From: an uncultured Acidimicrobiaceae bacterium | GTDB lineage: Bacteria; Actinomycetota; Acidimicrobiia; Acidimicrobiales; Ilumatobacteraceae | Direction: 5' to 3' | NCBI GenBank assembly: GCA_963720695.1 | Contig: CAVRGG010000001.1 | Location: forward strand, 804,299 to 868,298 | Length of the DNA: 64,000 bases | In this document: positions 1 to 9,366 of the stretch, in pieces | Position numbering within the stretch: position 1 is the stretch's first letter | Layout: every line of letters starts with the position of its first letter | Notes under the pieces: generated by a model | What the model saw: only the letters and a program-made list of their open reading frames with translations | Database searches by the model: none | What the model was told of the DNA's origin: nothing | Position numbers and translations under genes: made by a program

Positions 1-2
1 CC

Positions 3-698
3 ATGGAAGCCATGAACATCCCCTCCCTGTCCGGCGCGCTCTTCGACCTCGGTGTCAGCTCGCCACAACTCGACGTCGCCGAGCGCGGCTTCAGCTATCG
101 CCAGGACGCACCACTCGACATGCGGATGGATCAGACCCAGGCGTGGAGCGCGTCCGATGTCGTGAACGGGTATCCCGCCGACCAGCTCTCCAAGGTGCTC
201 CACCAGTACGGCGACGAGCGTTTCTCGCGCCGCATCGCTGCCGCGATCGTCGCCGCGCGCCCGATCGAGAGCACGTCGCAGCTCGCCGAGATCGTGGTGA
301 GTGCGATTCCTGCGGCGGCCCGCCGGACCGGGGGTCACCCGGCCAAGCGCACCTTCCAGGCCATTCGCATCGAGGTCAACGGCGAGCTCGACGCACTTCC
401 CGACGCGTTGGACACCGCGATCCGGCGTACCAACCCCGGCGGTCGCATCGCCGTGCTCTCGTACCACTCCGGTGAGGATCGCATCGTCAAGGAGACCTTC
501 CGCGACGCCGAGACCGGTGGCTGCGAATGCCCTCCCGAGCTGCCCTGCGTGTGTGAGGCGGTCCAGACCGTCCGGCTGGTACGCGGCGTTCCACGGACAC
601 CGTCGAACGATGAGCAGGGCTCCAACCGTCGCGCCGCGAGCGCTCGGCTGCGCGTCGTCGAGCGCATCGTCGACTCACCCACGAAGGGCCGACGCTGA
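3..698 (+). CDS. rsmH: 16S rRNA (cytosine1402-N4)-methyltransferase RsmH/MraW, 5'-truncated by window edge
   Basis: ORF 3..698. RsmH-like motifs (FDLGVSSPQLD, ERGFSY, LSYHSGEDRIVK). First gene of a dcw cluster. Confidence 0.9.
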   Translation: MEAMNIPSLSGALFDLGVSSPQLDVAERGFSYRQDAPLDMRMDQTQAWSASDVVNGYPADQLSKVLHQYGDERFSRRIAAAIVAARPIESTSQLAEIVVSAIPAAARRTGGHPAKRTFQAIRIEVNGELDALPDALDTAIRRTNPGGRIAVLSYHSGEDRIVKETFRDAETGGCECPPELPCVCEAVQTVRLVRGVPRTPSNDEQGSNRRAASARLRVVERIVDSPTKGRR

Positions 699-1225
699 TG
701 GCGTTGGCGGTCCGCTCCGAACGCGCGCCCATGGTCCGTAGCCGTGTCCACGGCTCGGACGGCGACCCCCGCACGCTCGTCAAGTCGACGGCGAAGGTCG
801 CGCATGTCACGCCTCGCCCGGAGTTGGTGGTGGTCGCGCCCCGTCGTCGGACGGCTCGGCTGATCGGGGCCGGGTGCGCCGTGGTGTTCGTGCTCATGAT
901 CGGTGCTGCGGCCTTTCAGACCCAACTGGCTCGTCGGCAACTCACGCTCGACACGATGGATCGCAAGATCCGTGCGGCTCACGAGCAGTACGACGTGCTG
1001 CGTCGTGAGCGGGCAGAACTCCGCTCTCCGGGGCGGCTCTCCCAGCAGGCAGCGGCGCTCGGCATGGTGCCGGCCCATCAGACCCAGTTCCTCATGCTCG
1101 ATGCCGACGTGATCGCCACGGTGCAGCGCAGCGGCGCGCCCAAGGACACCAACAACGAGACGACCATCGAGCAGGAGTTCGACGCCTACGCACACGTGAA
1201 GGCCCAAGCCGGGGGAGCGCCGTGA
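698..1225 (+). CDS. ftsL: FtsL-like cell-division membrane protein
   Basis: 175-aa ORF with one TM helix (LIGAGCAVVFVLMIGAAAF) followed by a coiled-coil-like segment. Sits between rsmH and ftsI. ATG overlaps the rsmH stop (TGATG). Confidence 0.6.
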   Translation: MALAVRSERAPMVRSRVHGSDGDPRTLVKSTAKVAHVTPRPELVVVAPRRRTARLIGAGCAVVFVLMIGAAAFQTQLARRQLTLDTMDRKIRAAHEQYDVLRRERAELRSPGRLSQQAAALGMVPAHQTQFLMLDADVIATVQRSGAPKDTNNETTIEQEFDAYAHVKAQAGGAP

Positions 1226-3237
1226 ACTCCGATCTTCGTCGTCGTTCGGAGCGCGTGCACGCGTCGGCAGGTGCCTCTGGCCGCTCGCGCGCTCACGGGC
1301 GTGAAGGAGCTCGCCCCGCCGCCAGGCCCGGCGGACGGCCCACCGCCCGGCCGGACGCCAGGCGCCAGACCAAGCCCGCAGCCCCGGCTCGCCGCACGGC
1401 GACCAAGCGTCACGTGACGACGGCCAAGCGTCATCCGAAGAAGTCACTCCGCGCCAAGCGCTCCACGGCCACGCGCACGCCCGCGTTCAGGATGACGTTT
1501 CGAGCAGGAGACACCCGTCGACGCCTGCTCGCGGTGTTCGTGATCAGCACGCTGATGTTCGTCGCGGTGATCGCCCGCGTCGTCTTCCTCCAGACCGCAG
1601 GGAGCGACTCGCTGCTCGCCGCCGGAAAGGCGCAGCGCGTCACCGAGTCGGTGCTCAACGCGCAGCGGGGCACGATCTTCGCCCGCGACGGCGGCGAGCT
1701 CGCACTCAGCGTTCCCTCCAGCACGGTGTACGCCGACCCGAAGCTCGTCACGGATCCCGCCGGTGCCGCGTCGGTGCTGGGCTCGATGCTCGGTCTCACC
1801 GCGGAGAAGCAACATGCCCTCGAGCTCGCGTTCACTGCCAAGGACAAGAGCTTCGTGTACGTCGCCCGCCAGGTCGACGACGACGTCGCCAACTCGGTGA
1901 TGGCGCTGAACCTCGCCGGGATCGACGTGATCCGCGAGGACAAGCGGATCATGCCCAGTGGCGAGGTGGGCCGCAGCGTGCTGGGGTTGACCAACATCGA
2001 CGGCGAAGGCATCGCCGGGCTCGAGAAGCAGTACGACGCGCTGCTCAAGGGCCAGGACGGCGAGCGGGTCCGCGAGCACGATGCCAAGGGTCGGTCGATC
2101 CCGGGTTCGGGCGCGACGACCAAGGAATCGGTGCCGGGCGACGACCTCATCCTCACACTCGATCGCTCCCTGCAGTTCCAGGTCGAGCACGCCCTGGTGA
2201 CCAGAGTGGACGAGCTCGCCGCCAAGGGCGGCACGGTCGTGGTGATGGACACCGCGACCGGTGAGATCTATGCGATGGCGAACGTGCAGCGCGACGACGA
2301 CGGCGTCGTGCGCGTGACGTCGGCCAACCTCGCCGCCGTGGACGCGTTCGAGCCGGGTTCGGTGGCGAAGGTGTTCAGCCTCTCCGCGGTGGTCGACAGC
2401 GGCGCGGCCACGCCCGACACGGTGATCAACGTGCCCGGCTCGATGGTGTTCGACAAGGGCACCATCTGGGAGCAGACGGTTCACGATGCCGAGCCCCACA
2501 ACACCGTGCCGATGAGCATGCGCGACATCATCGTGCACTCGTCCAACCTCGGGACCTATCTCCTGGCCGACCGGATCGGCAGTGAGCAACTGTCCACCTA
2601 TCTCGACAAGTTCGGCTTCGGCCACAAGACCGACCTGGACTTCCCCGGTGAGAGCAAGGGCATCATCGACCCTGCGTCGAAGTGGCAGGGCACGGAGAAG
2701 GTGACCGTCACCTACGGCTACCACTATCAGGCGTCGGCGGTGCAGTTCACCGCTGCGGTGAACGCGGTGGCAAACGGCGGCATGTTCGTCGAGCCGAAGC
2801 TGCTCAAGGGCACGATCGGCGCCGACGGCACGGTGTCGGAGACGCCACCGTCGGCGACCCATGAGGTGATCAGCCCCAGCTCGTCTGCGACGATGATCTC
2901 CATGATGAAGGACGTGGTGTGCGACGGGACGGGCAAGGACGCCCGGATCTCGGGCATCTCCGTCGCGGGCAAGACCGGTACCGCCTACAAGGCGCAGAAC
3001 GGCTCGTACGGCGAGGACGGCTCGCGGCTCTACCGGGCGACGTTCGCAGGGTTCTTCCCGGCCGACGCACCGAAGGTCACGATCCTCGTCACCATCGACG
3101 AGCCCGATCCCACCTCGAACGACCGCTTCGGCGGAACGGCTGCCGCGCCGCTGTTCTCGAAGGTGGCCACGGCCGCCATCCACGAGCTGAAGATCACCCC
3201 CACGCCGGGTGACACCGGCTGTCCCGCGAAGGGATGA
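1222..3237 (+). CDS. ftsI: Peptidoglycan D,D-transpeptidase FtsI (class B PBP) with ~100-aa Arg/Ala/Pro-rich cytoplasmic N-terminal extension
   Basis: 671-aa ORF. Has a TM helix and the transpeptidase motifs SxxK (SVAK), SxN (SSN) and KTG (KTGT). GTG start overlaps the ftsL stop (GTGA). Confidence 0.9.
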   Translation: MNSDLRRRSERVHASAGASGRSRAHGREGARPAARPGGRPTARPDARRQTKPAAPARRTATKRHVTTAKRHPKKSLRAKRSTATRTPAFRMTFRAGDTRRRLLAVFVISTLMFVAVIARVVFLQTAGSDSLLAAGKAQRVTESVLNAQRGTIFARDGGELALSVPSSTVYADPKLVTDPAGAASVLGSMLGLTAEKQHALELAFTAKDKSFVYVARQVDDDVANSVMALNLAGIDVIREDKRIMPSGEVGRSVLGLTNIDGEGIAGLEKQYDALLKGQDGERVREHDAKGRSIPGSGATTKESVPGDDLILTLDRSLQFQVEHALVTRVDELAAKGGTVVVMDTATGEIYAMANVQRDDDGVVRVTSANLAAVDAFEPGSVAKVFSLSAVVDSGAATPDTVINVPGSMVFDKGTIWEQTVHDAEPHNTVPMSMRDIIVHSSNLGTYLLADRIGSEQLSTYLDKFGFGHKTDLDFPGESKGIIDPASKWQGTEKVTVTYGYHYQASAVQFTAAVNAVANGGMFVEPKLLKGTIGADGTVSETPPSATHEVISPSSSATMISMMKDVVCDGTGKDARISGISVAGKTGTAYKAQNGSYGEDGSRLYRATFAGFFPADAPKVTILVTIDEPDPTSNDRFGGTAAAPLFSKVATAAIHELKITPTPGDTGCPAKG

Positions 3238-4656
3238 GCGACGTGCAGCGTCTGCTCGGCGACCTGCTCACCGATGCGGCACTCGCCACGGCGGTGCTGC
3301 GCGGCCAGCCGTCGACGGTGGTCCGTGGGGTGACCCACGATTCGCGCCAGGTCGTCGAGGGGTCGTTGTTCTGCTGCGTTCGTGGCTCGACCGTCGATGG
3401 GCACGATCTCGCTCCGGCAGCTGTGGCCGCGGGAGCGACGGCCCTGCTCGTCGACCACCCGCTCGACCTCTCGGTCTCCCAGATCGTGGTGGCCGACACC
3501 CGCGCCGCGATGGGTCATCTGGCGGCGGCGTTCTGGGGGCACCCGTCGCGTTCGTTGACACTGGTGGGCGTCACGGGGACCAACGGCAAGACCACCACGA
3601 CGAGTCTCATCGCGTCGGTGCTCGATGCAGCCGGGATGTCACCGGGGACGATCGGCACGCTCACCGGTCGCCACACCACGCCCGAGGCACCCGATCTGCA
3701 GGCGCAGCTGGCCGAGTTCGTTCGGGACGGCAAACGCTCGGTGGTGATGGAGGTGTCGTCGCACGCCCTGCTGCTCCACCGGGTGGTGGGCTGCCACTTC
3801 GCGCTGGCCGTGTTCACCAACCTCGGCCGGGACCATCTCGATCTGCACGGCACCGTCGAGCGATACTTCGCAGCGAAGGCGATGCTCTTCGAGCCCGGGT
3901 TGAGCGACCGCGGCATCTCCAACATCGACGACATGCACGGTCGACTGCTCGTCGACGCCGCGCCGATCCCGATGGAGGGGTTCTCCGCGGCGGACATGCA
4001 CGACCTCGTCGTCAGCCCCAGTGAGCACGCCTACACGTGGCGTGGCCAGTCGATCCGGGTCGGGATCGGTGGCGCGTTCAACGCGATGAACAGCCTCGCT
4101 GCGGCGACCGCTGGAGCGGCACTCGGCGTCGACGTCGCCGTCGTCGCAGCCGGGCTCGGTGCGGCGCCGCCCGTGCCTGGGCGATTCGAACCGGTCCACG
4201 CCGGCCAGGCCTTCGACGTGATCGTCGACTTCGCCCACACGCCCGATGGCCTGCGGGAAGCGCTCGGCGCCGCCCGCTCGGCCGTCGACCGGGGACGGGT
4301 GATCGTCGTGTTCGGATGCGGGGGCGATCGTGATCGCGACAAGCGCCCGGAGATGGGTGCGGTGGCGGCCGAGCACGCCGACCACGTCGTGGTGACGTCG
4401 GACAACCCTCGCTCGGAGGATCCCCTCGAGATCATCAATGCCGTGATGGCGGGGGTGTCCGCGGACTACCGTGGCCGTGTTGTGACCGAGCCCGACCGAC
4501 GCCGAGCCTTTGCAATGGCGTTCCAGATCGCGTCGCCGGGCGATGTGGTCGTGATCGCCGGCAAGGGGCACGAGACCACACAGACCATCGGGACCCAGGT
4601 CCTTCCGTTCGACGACCGCGCGGTGCGCGCGCGAACTGCTGGAGGCAGCGCTGTGA
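3234..4656 (+). CDS. murE: UDP-N-acetylmuramoyl-tripeptide synthetase MurE; last ~8 codons and stop lie in the +1 frame as written
   Basis: GVTGTNGKTTT P-loop, DNPRSEDP and GKGHE motifs. ATGA overlap with ftsI. After ...LPFDDRAV the +1 frame reads ELLEAAL-TGA (stop 4654..4656), overlapping the mraY GTG at 4653. The written frame has no stop and runs into mraY. Confidence 0.85.
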
Positions 4657-5707
4657 TCGCCGTCATGATCGCCGGAGCGACGGCGATGTTCGTCTCGCTC
4701 TTCGCGACCCGCTTCCTGATCAAGTTCTTCCGCGAGCGCGGCGCCGGCCAGCCCATCCTCGGCAAAGCGGACCTCGGGCCCGAGCACCACATGCACAAGC
4801 AGGGCACCCCCACGATGGGTGGCATCGCGATCATCGTGGCGGCCGGCCTCGGCTGGCTGGTCGCCCACTTCCGCAGCGGCCTCGCGTTCTCCAACCAGAC
4901 GATGATCATGTGGGCCGGGGTGCTCGTCATGGCGATCATGGGCTTCCTCGACGACTACATCAAGGTGCGCAAGCAGCACAACCGGGGCATCTTCTGGAAG
5001 AAGAAGGGCTACATCACGCTCGGTCTGTCCTGCTTGCATCGCGTGGTGGCTGGTCGCCGCGACCGGGGTCAGCGAGACCATCTCGCTTCACCCGCGCCAC
5101 GCTCCCCGGATGGCACGTGGCCTGGCCGCTGTTCGTCGCCTTCGCCGGCATCATCATCTGGGCGACCAGCAACGCGGTGAACGTCACCGATGGGCTCGAC
5201 GGGCTCGCCGGCGGCTCGGCGATGGTCGGCTTCCTCGCGTTCACGATCATCGCCTACTGGGCGTTCCGCAACCCGGCGGTGTACGGCGCCGTGGTCAACC
5301 CCCTCGATCTCGCCGTGTTCGCGGCCGCGTTCGCCGGCGCGTGCGGCGGCTTCCTCTGGTTCAATGCAGCACCTGCACGCATCTTCCTCGGCGACGTCGG
5401 CGCGCTCGGGATCGGCACGGCCCTGGCGTTGCTGGCCATCACCTCGAACACGCAGTTGCTGCTCATCCTGATCTGCGGCATCAACGTGATGGAGGCCGGT
5501 TCGGTCGCCGTCCAGATGATCGTGTTCAAGGCCTCGGGCCGCAAGAAGCGGCTGTTCCGCATGTCGCCGATCCACCACCACTTCGAGCTGGTCGGTTGGC
5601 CGGAGACGACGGTGATCATCCGCTTCTGGCTGATCTGCGGTGTCTTCGTCGCCACCGCGCTCGCCATCTTCATCGGCGACTTCACGAGGATCACGGACAA
5701 CCTGTGA
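4653..5707 (+). pseudogene. mraY: Phospho-N-acetylmuramoyl-pentapeptide transferase MraY, frame interrupted twice (+1, +1) as written; possibly sequencing error
   Basis: N-terminal part is in frame 0 (tail of ORF 3234..5180: HKQGTPTMGGI, LDDYIKVRK). A middle segment IAWWLVAATGVSETIS is in frame 1 (~5037..5087). The C-terminal part is in frame 2 (ORF 4910..5707: SNAVNVTDGLDGLAGG, PIHHHFEL). Confidence 0.85.
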
Positions 5708-7058
5708 GCGGCACGGCACTCGTCTACGGCATCGCGCTGTCCGGCGACGCACTCGCGGGACAACTGCGGCGCAGGGGGTGGCAGTTGGTGATCGCCGACG
5801 ACCACCCGTCGGACGCGAAGCGCGCCTTGGCGGCTGCGCTCGGAACGTCGTTGGTCGAGCGTCCCGGGGCTGCGGCCCTCGACGAGCTCGTGGCCGCCTG
5901 CGACATCGTCTGCCCGGCGCCGGGTGTGCCCGAATCGCACGCCGTCGTGGTGGCTGCGCTCGCCGCCGGTCGACCGTTGCGGACGGAGATCGACCTCGCG
6001 TACGAGTGGGAGCAGGATCGAATCGGTGGGCCGCGCCCGATGGTGGCCGTCACGGGGACCGACGGCAAGACCACCACGACGTTGCTCACCGCGCACATGT
6101 TGACAGCGGCCGGCCACCGGCCGGCGGCCGTCGGGAACACCGAGGTTCCGCTCGTCGCTGCGCTCGACGACGATGTCGACGTCTTCGCGGTGGAGTGCAG
6201 CAGCTTCCGGCTGAATTGGCTCCAGTCGTTCCGAGCGGAGGCGTCGGTCTGGCTGAACCTGGCCCCCGATCACCAGAACTGGCACACCTCGATGTCGTCG
6301 TACGAGGCGGCGAAGGCTCGGATGTGGGCCCATCGCCGCCCGACCGACGTTGCCATCGGCTTCGCCGACGATCCGATCGTCATGCGCAACCTGGCTGCTG
6401 CCGGGGGAGTCACCCGTACGTTCGCCGCGTCCGGCGCCGACTACTGCGTCGCCGACGGGTACCTGGTCGGGCCACGCGGTGCCATCGCCTCCGTCGCGGC
6501 GATGACGCCGCAGGCTGCCCCACGACATCACCAACGCGTTGGCGGCTGCGGCGCTGGTGCTCGAAGCGGGTCTCGCCACCGAGGCACGATGTGGCTGCGG
6601 CGCTCGCCACCTTCGAGCATCCACCCCATCGCATCGAGCCAGTTGCCACGATGGATGGTGTGCAGTGGTTCAACGACTCCAAGGCGACGACGCCCCACGC
6701 TTCGCTCACCGCGATCCGCGGCTTCGATCGCATCGTGCTGCTGGCGGGTGGTCGCAACAAGGGACTCGACCTTGCCGAGCTCGCCACCGAGCACGAGCGG
6801 GTGAAGGCGGTCGTCGGTCTCGGCGAGGCAGGGCCGGAGATCGCCCACGCCTTCGAGCTCACCTGCCCCGTGGTGCTCGCCGACTCCATGGCCGAAGCGG
6901 TCAGGCTGGCCGACGCGCTGGCAGAACCCGGCGACGTCGTGCTGCTCTCGCCCGCGTGCGCGAGCTTCGACTGGTATCCCGACGGCGGGTACCCCGCCCG
7001 AGGCGAGGACTTCAAGCGCACGGTGCTCGCTCTCCTCGACGACAGGGAGCACGCATGA
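5704..7058 (+). pseudogene. murD: UDP-N-acetylmuramoylalanine-D-glutamate ligase MurD, frame interrupted twice (+1, +1) as written; possibly sequencing error
   Basis: GTG 5704 overlaps the mraY stop (GTGA). Frame 1 carries VTGTDGKTTTT up to ~6505. Frame 2 carries RLPHDITNALAAAALVLEAGLATE (~6509..6583). Frame 0 carries DVAAALATFEHPPHRIE...NDSKATTPHA to the stop at 7058. Confidence 0.85.
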
Positions 7059-7118
7059 CGTCGTCCTCCACACTCATCGGCGACCGGCGCCGTGCCAGCG
7101 CTGGCCAGGTCCGAGGCG

Positions 7119-8257
7119 ATGCGCCGTCACCCGACGCGCTCCACCACGACCAAGCCCACCACGCCACCGTCCACGTCGTTCTACGTGATCGCCGTGGTGG
7201 CCATGGTGTTCACGATGCTCGGTCTGGTGATGGTGTTGTCGGCCACCTCGATCAGCCAGTTCCACAAGGGCAACTCGCCGTGGCGGATCTTCAACCGGCA
7301 ACTGATGTGGGCGGTGCTCGGCACGGTCGGCCTGTGGATCGCCATGCGCGTGCCGACGCATCGTTGGCGGCGTCTCGTCGTCCCCGGCTTCATCGGCGCC
7401 TGCGGTCTGATGGTCCTGCCGTTCCTGCCCGGGATCGGGGACCGGGTCAACGAAGCCGAGCTCGTGGGTCGTCATCGGCCCGATCAACTTCCAGCCCAGT
7501 CGAGTTCCTGAAGCTGGCGTTGCTGCTCGTGTGTGCGAACCTGCTCGCCGTCCGGCGCAACGAGATGCACGACCCCGCCCGCACGCTGTTCCCGGTGCTC
7601 GGCCTCGCCGGTCTCAGCTGCGCACTGTGCCTGGCGCAGGGCGACCTCGGTTCGGCGATCGTGCTCGCCGCCATCGTGTTCGCGATGGCATTCATCGCCG
7701 GAGCGCCGCTGGTGCCGATGGCAGCGACCGGCGCGCTGGGCTCGCTGGCTGCGCTGACGTTCGTGTGGTCCAGCCCCCGACGCGAGGCGAGGTTCACGGC
7801 GTTCATGGACATCGCTGCCCACAAGGACCACCTCAGCTACCAGACCTGGCAGGCGATGATCGCGATGGCCCAGGGAGGGGTCACCGGATCCGGTGTCGGT
7901 CGGGGCGAGAACAAGCTCGGGGAGTTCCTGCCACTCGCGCACAGCGACTTCATCTTCGCTGTCGTGGCCGAGGAGCTCGGCATGATCGGTGTGGTCGCCG
8001 TGCTGGGAGGGTTCATGGTGCTCGCCTACGCGGGGGTGCAGGCGGCGATGGCCACCCAGGACCGGTTCCACAGTCTGTTGGCCGGGGGCATCGTCGGCTG
8101 GTTCGTGGTGCAGGCGATCATCAACGTCGGGGGAGTGACCGGGCTCATGCCCGTCACCGGTCTCACCTTGCCGTTCTTCTCTGCGGGCGGCAGTTCGTTG
8201 TTCGTCACCCTCACCGCCACCGGGCTGCTCCTCAACGTCGCCCGCAACGTGCGATGA
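7119..8257 (+). pseudogene. ftsW: Peptidoglycan glycosyltransferase / lipid II flippase-family protein FtsW, frame interrupted twice (+1, +1) as written; possibly sequencing error
   Basis: Frame 0 (ORF 7092..7511) holds the N-terminal TM helices up to GIGDRVNEA. Frame 1 holds SSWVVIGPINFQPS (~7463..7500). Frame 2 holds EFLKLALLL...SAGGSS to the stop at 8257. ATG 7119 is preceded by GAGG; alternative starts are GTG 7092 and ATG 7055. Confidence 0.8.
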
Positions 8258-9366
8258 CCGACGAGCGCGCCGATGTCGTCGTGACCGGCGGCGGGACGTC
8301 GGGACACGTGCTGCCCGCACTCGCCATCGCCGATGCGCTGGTGGCGGCCGGCCACGCGAAGGATCGCATCCACTACGTCGGGACCCAGCGAGGCGTCGAG
8401 TCGCGCCTCGCGCCCGAGGCGGGCTTCCCGTTCACGTTGCTCGACGTGGTCGGGCTGCAGCGCAGCTTCTCCCGTCGCAACCTGGCGTTCGTCCCGAAGC
8501 TGTGGCGTTCGACGCGCGAGGCGCGGGCGCTGCTGCGCCGGCTCCAGCCGGCGGTGGTCGTCAACGTCGGGGGGTACGGCAGCTTTCCCGCGACGTCGGC
8601 GGCGCGGCGCCTGGGCATTCCCTACGTCGTCGTCTCGTACGACCGCCGCCCGGGTCTCGTGTCGAAGGTGATGGCTCGTCGAGCGGCCGCGTGTGCCGTC
8701 GCATTCGAAGGTTCGACACTGCCGCGCGCCGAGCTCTGCGGCGCACCGGTTCGCCAGGAGATCGTCACCCTCGACCGGGCCGACGCTCGCGGGGATGCCC
8801 GCGCCGCGCTCGACCTTCCTGGGGATCGTTTCGTCGTCGCCGTGATGTGCGGATCGCAGGGTGCCGGCGCGATCAACGCCACCGTCACTGAGCTGGTGGA
8901 ACGGTGGAGCGACCGCCGGGACATCGCGGTGCACCACGTCGTCGGTGACCGCTACCTGGCGCAGGCCGCGCCCGCTCGCGACGGCGCAGACGGCATCCTG
9001 TACCGCGTGATCGGCTACGAGGACCGCATGCCCCAGCTCTACGCCGCGGCCGACCTGATGGTCACCCGTGGCGGCGCGGGGACCATCGCCGAACTGGCGA
9101 CGGTGGGCGCTCCGGCGATCATCGTTCCGTGGCCCGGTGCGGCCGAGAACCATCAGGTGGACAACGCGAAGATGCTGTCCTCGGTGGGCGCCGCGCTCCT
9201 CGTCGAACAGGACGACCTCACCGTCGACCGTCTCGCGGAGGAGATCGAGCGGCTTGTCGCCGACCCTTCGCTGCTGCGCGCGATGTCGGAGCACGCGTAC
9301 GCGGCCGGGGCGGTGCACCGCAGCGGCGCGTTGGTGGGCGTGATCGAGCGGGTGGCGGCGCGATGA
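8254..9366 (+). CDS. murG: UDP-N-acetylglucosamine--N-acetylmuramyl-(pentapeptide) pyrophosphoryl-undecaprenol GlcNAc transferase MurG
   Basis: Intact 370-aa frame inside ORF 7531..9366. GGGTSGHVLPALA motif. ATGA overlap with the ftsW stop. Confidence 0.9.
   Translation: MTDERADVVVTGGGTSGHVLPALAIADALVAAGHAKDRIHYVGTQRGVESRLAPEAGFPFTLLDVVGLQRSFSRRNLAFVPKLWRSTREARALLRRLQPAVVVNVGGYGSFPATSAARRLGIPYVVVSYDRRPGLVSKVMARRAAACAVAFEGSTLPRAELCGAPVRQEIVTLDRADARGDARAALDLPGDRFVVAVMCGSQGAGAINATVTELVERWSDRRDIAVHHVVGDRYLAQAAPARDGADGILYRVIGYEDRMPQLYAAADLMVTRGGAGTIAELATVGAPAIIVPWPGAAENHQVDNAKMLSSVGAALLVEQDDLTVDRLAEEIERLVADPSLLRAMSEHAYAAGAVHRSGALVGVIERVAAR

Noticed and set aside
1444-3183. 579-aa ORF on the minus strand opposite ftsI. 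Similar long antisense ORFs include 335..1447, 3639..5081, 5254..6624, 8026..9396, 17443..19377, 26132..27517, 27599..29089, 38818..40764, 42258..44012 and 52849..54468.
   Set aside because: These are typical shadow ORFs of a very GC-rich genome. Their translations are Arg/Gly/His/Asp-rich low-complexity sequence with no family motifs. Each lies opposite a gene with clear conserved motifs.
3234-5180. 648-aa MurE-MraY fusion protein
   Set aside because: The +1 frame gives a canonical MurE C-terminus with a stop overlapping the mraY GTG. The downstream part of this ORF also leaves the MraY frame at ~5035. A frameshift or error is more parsimonious than a bifunctional enzyme.
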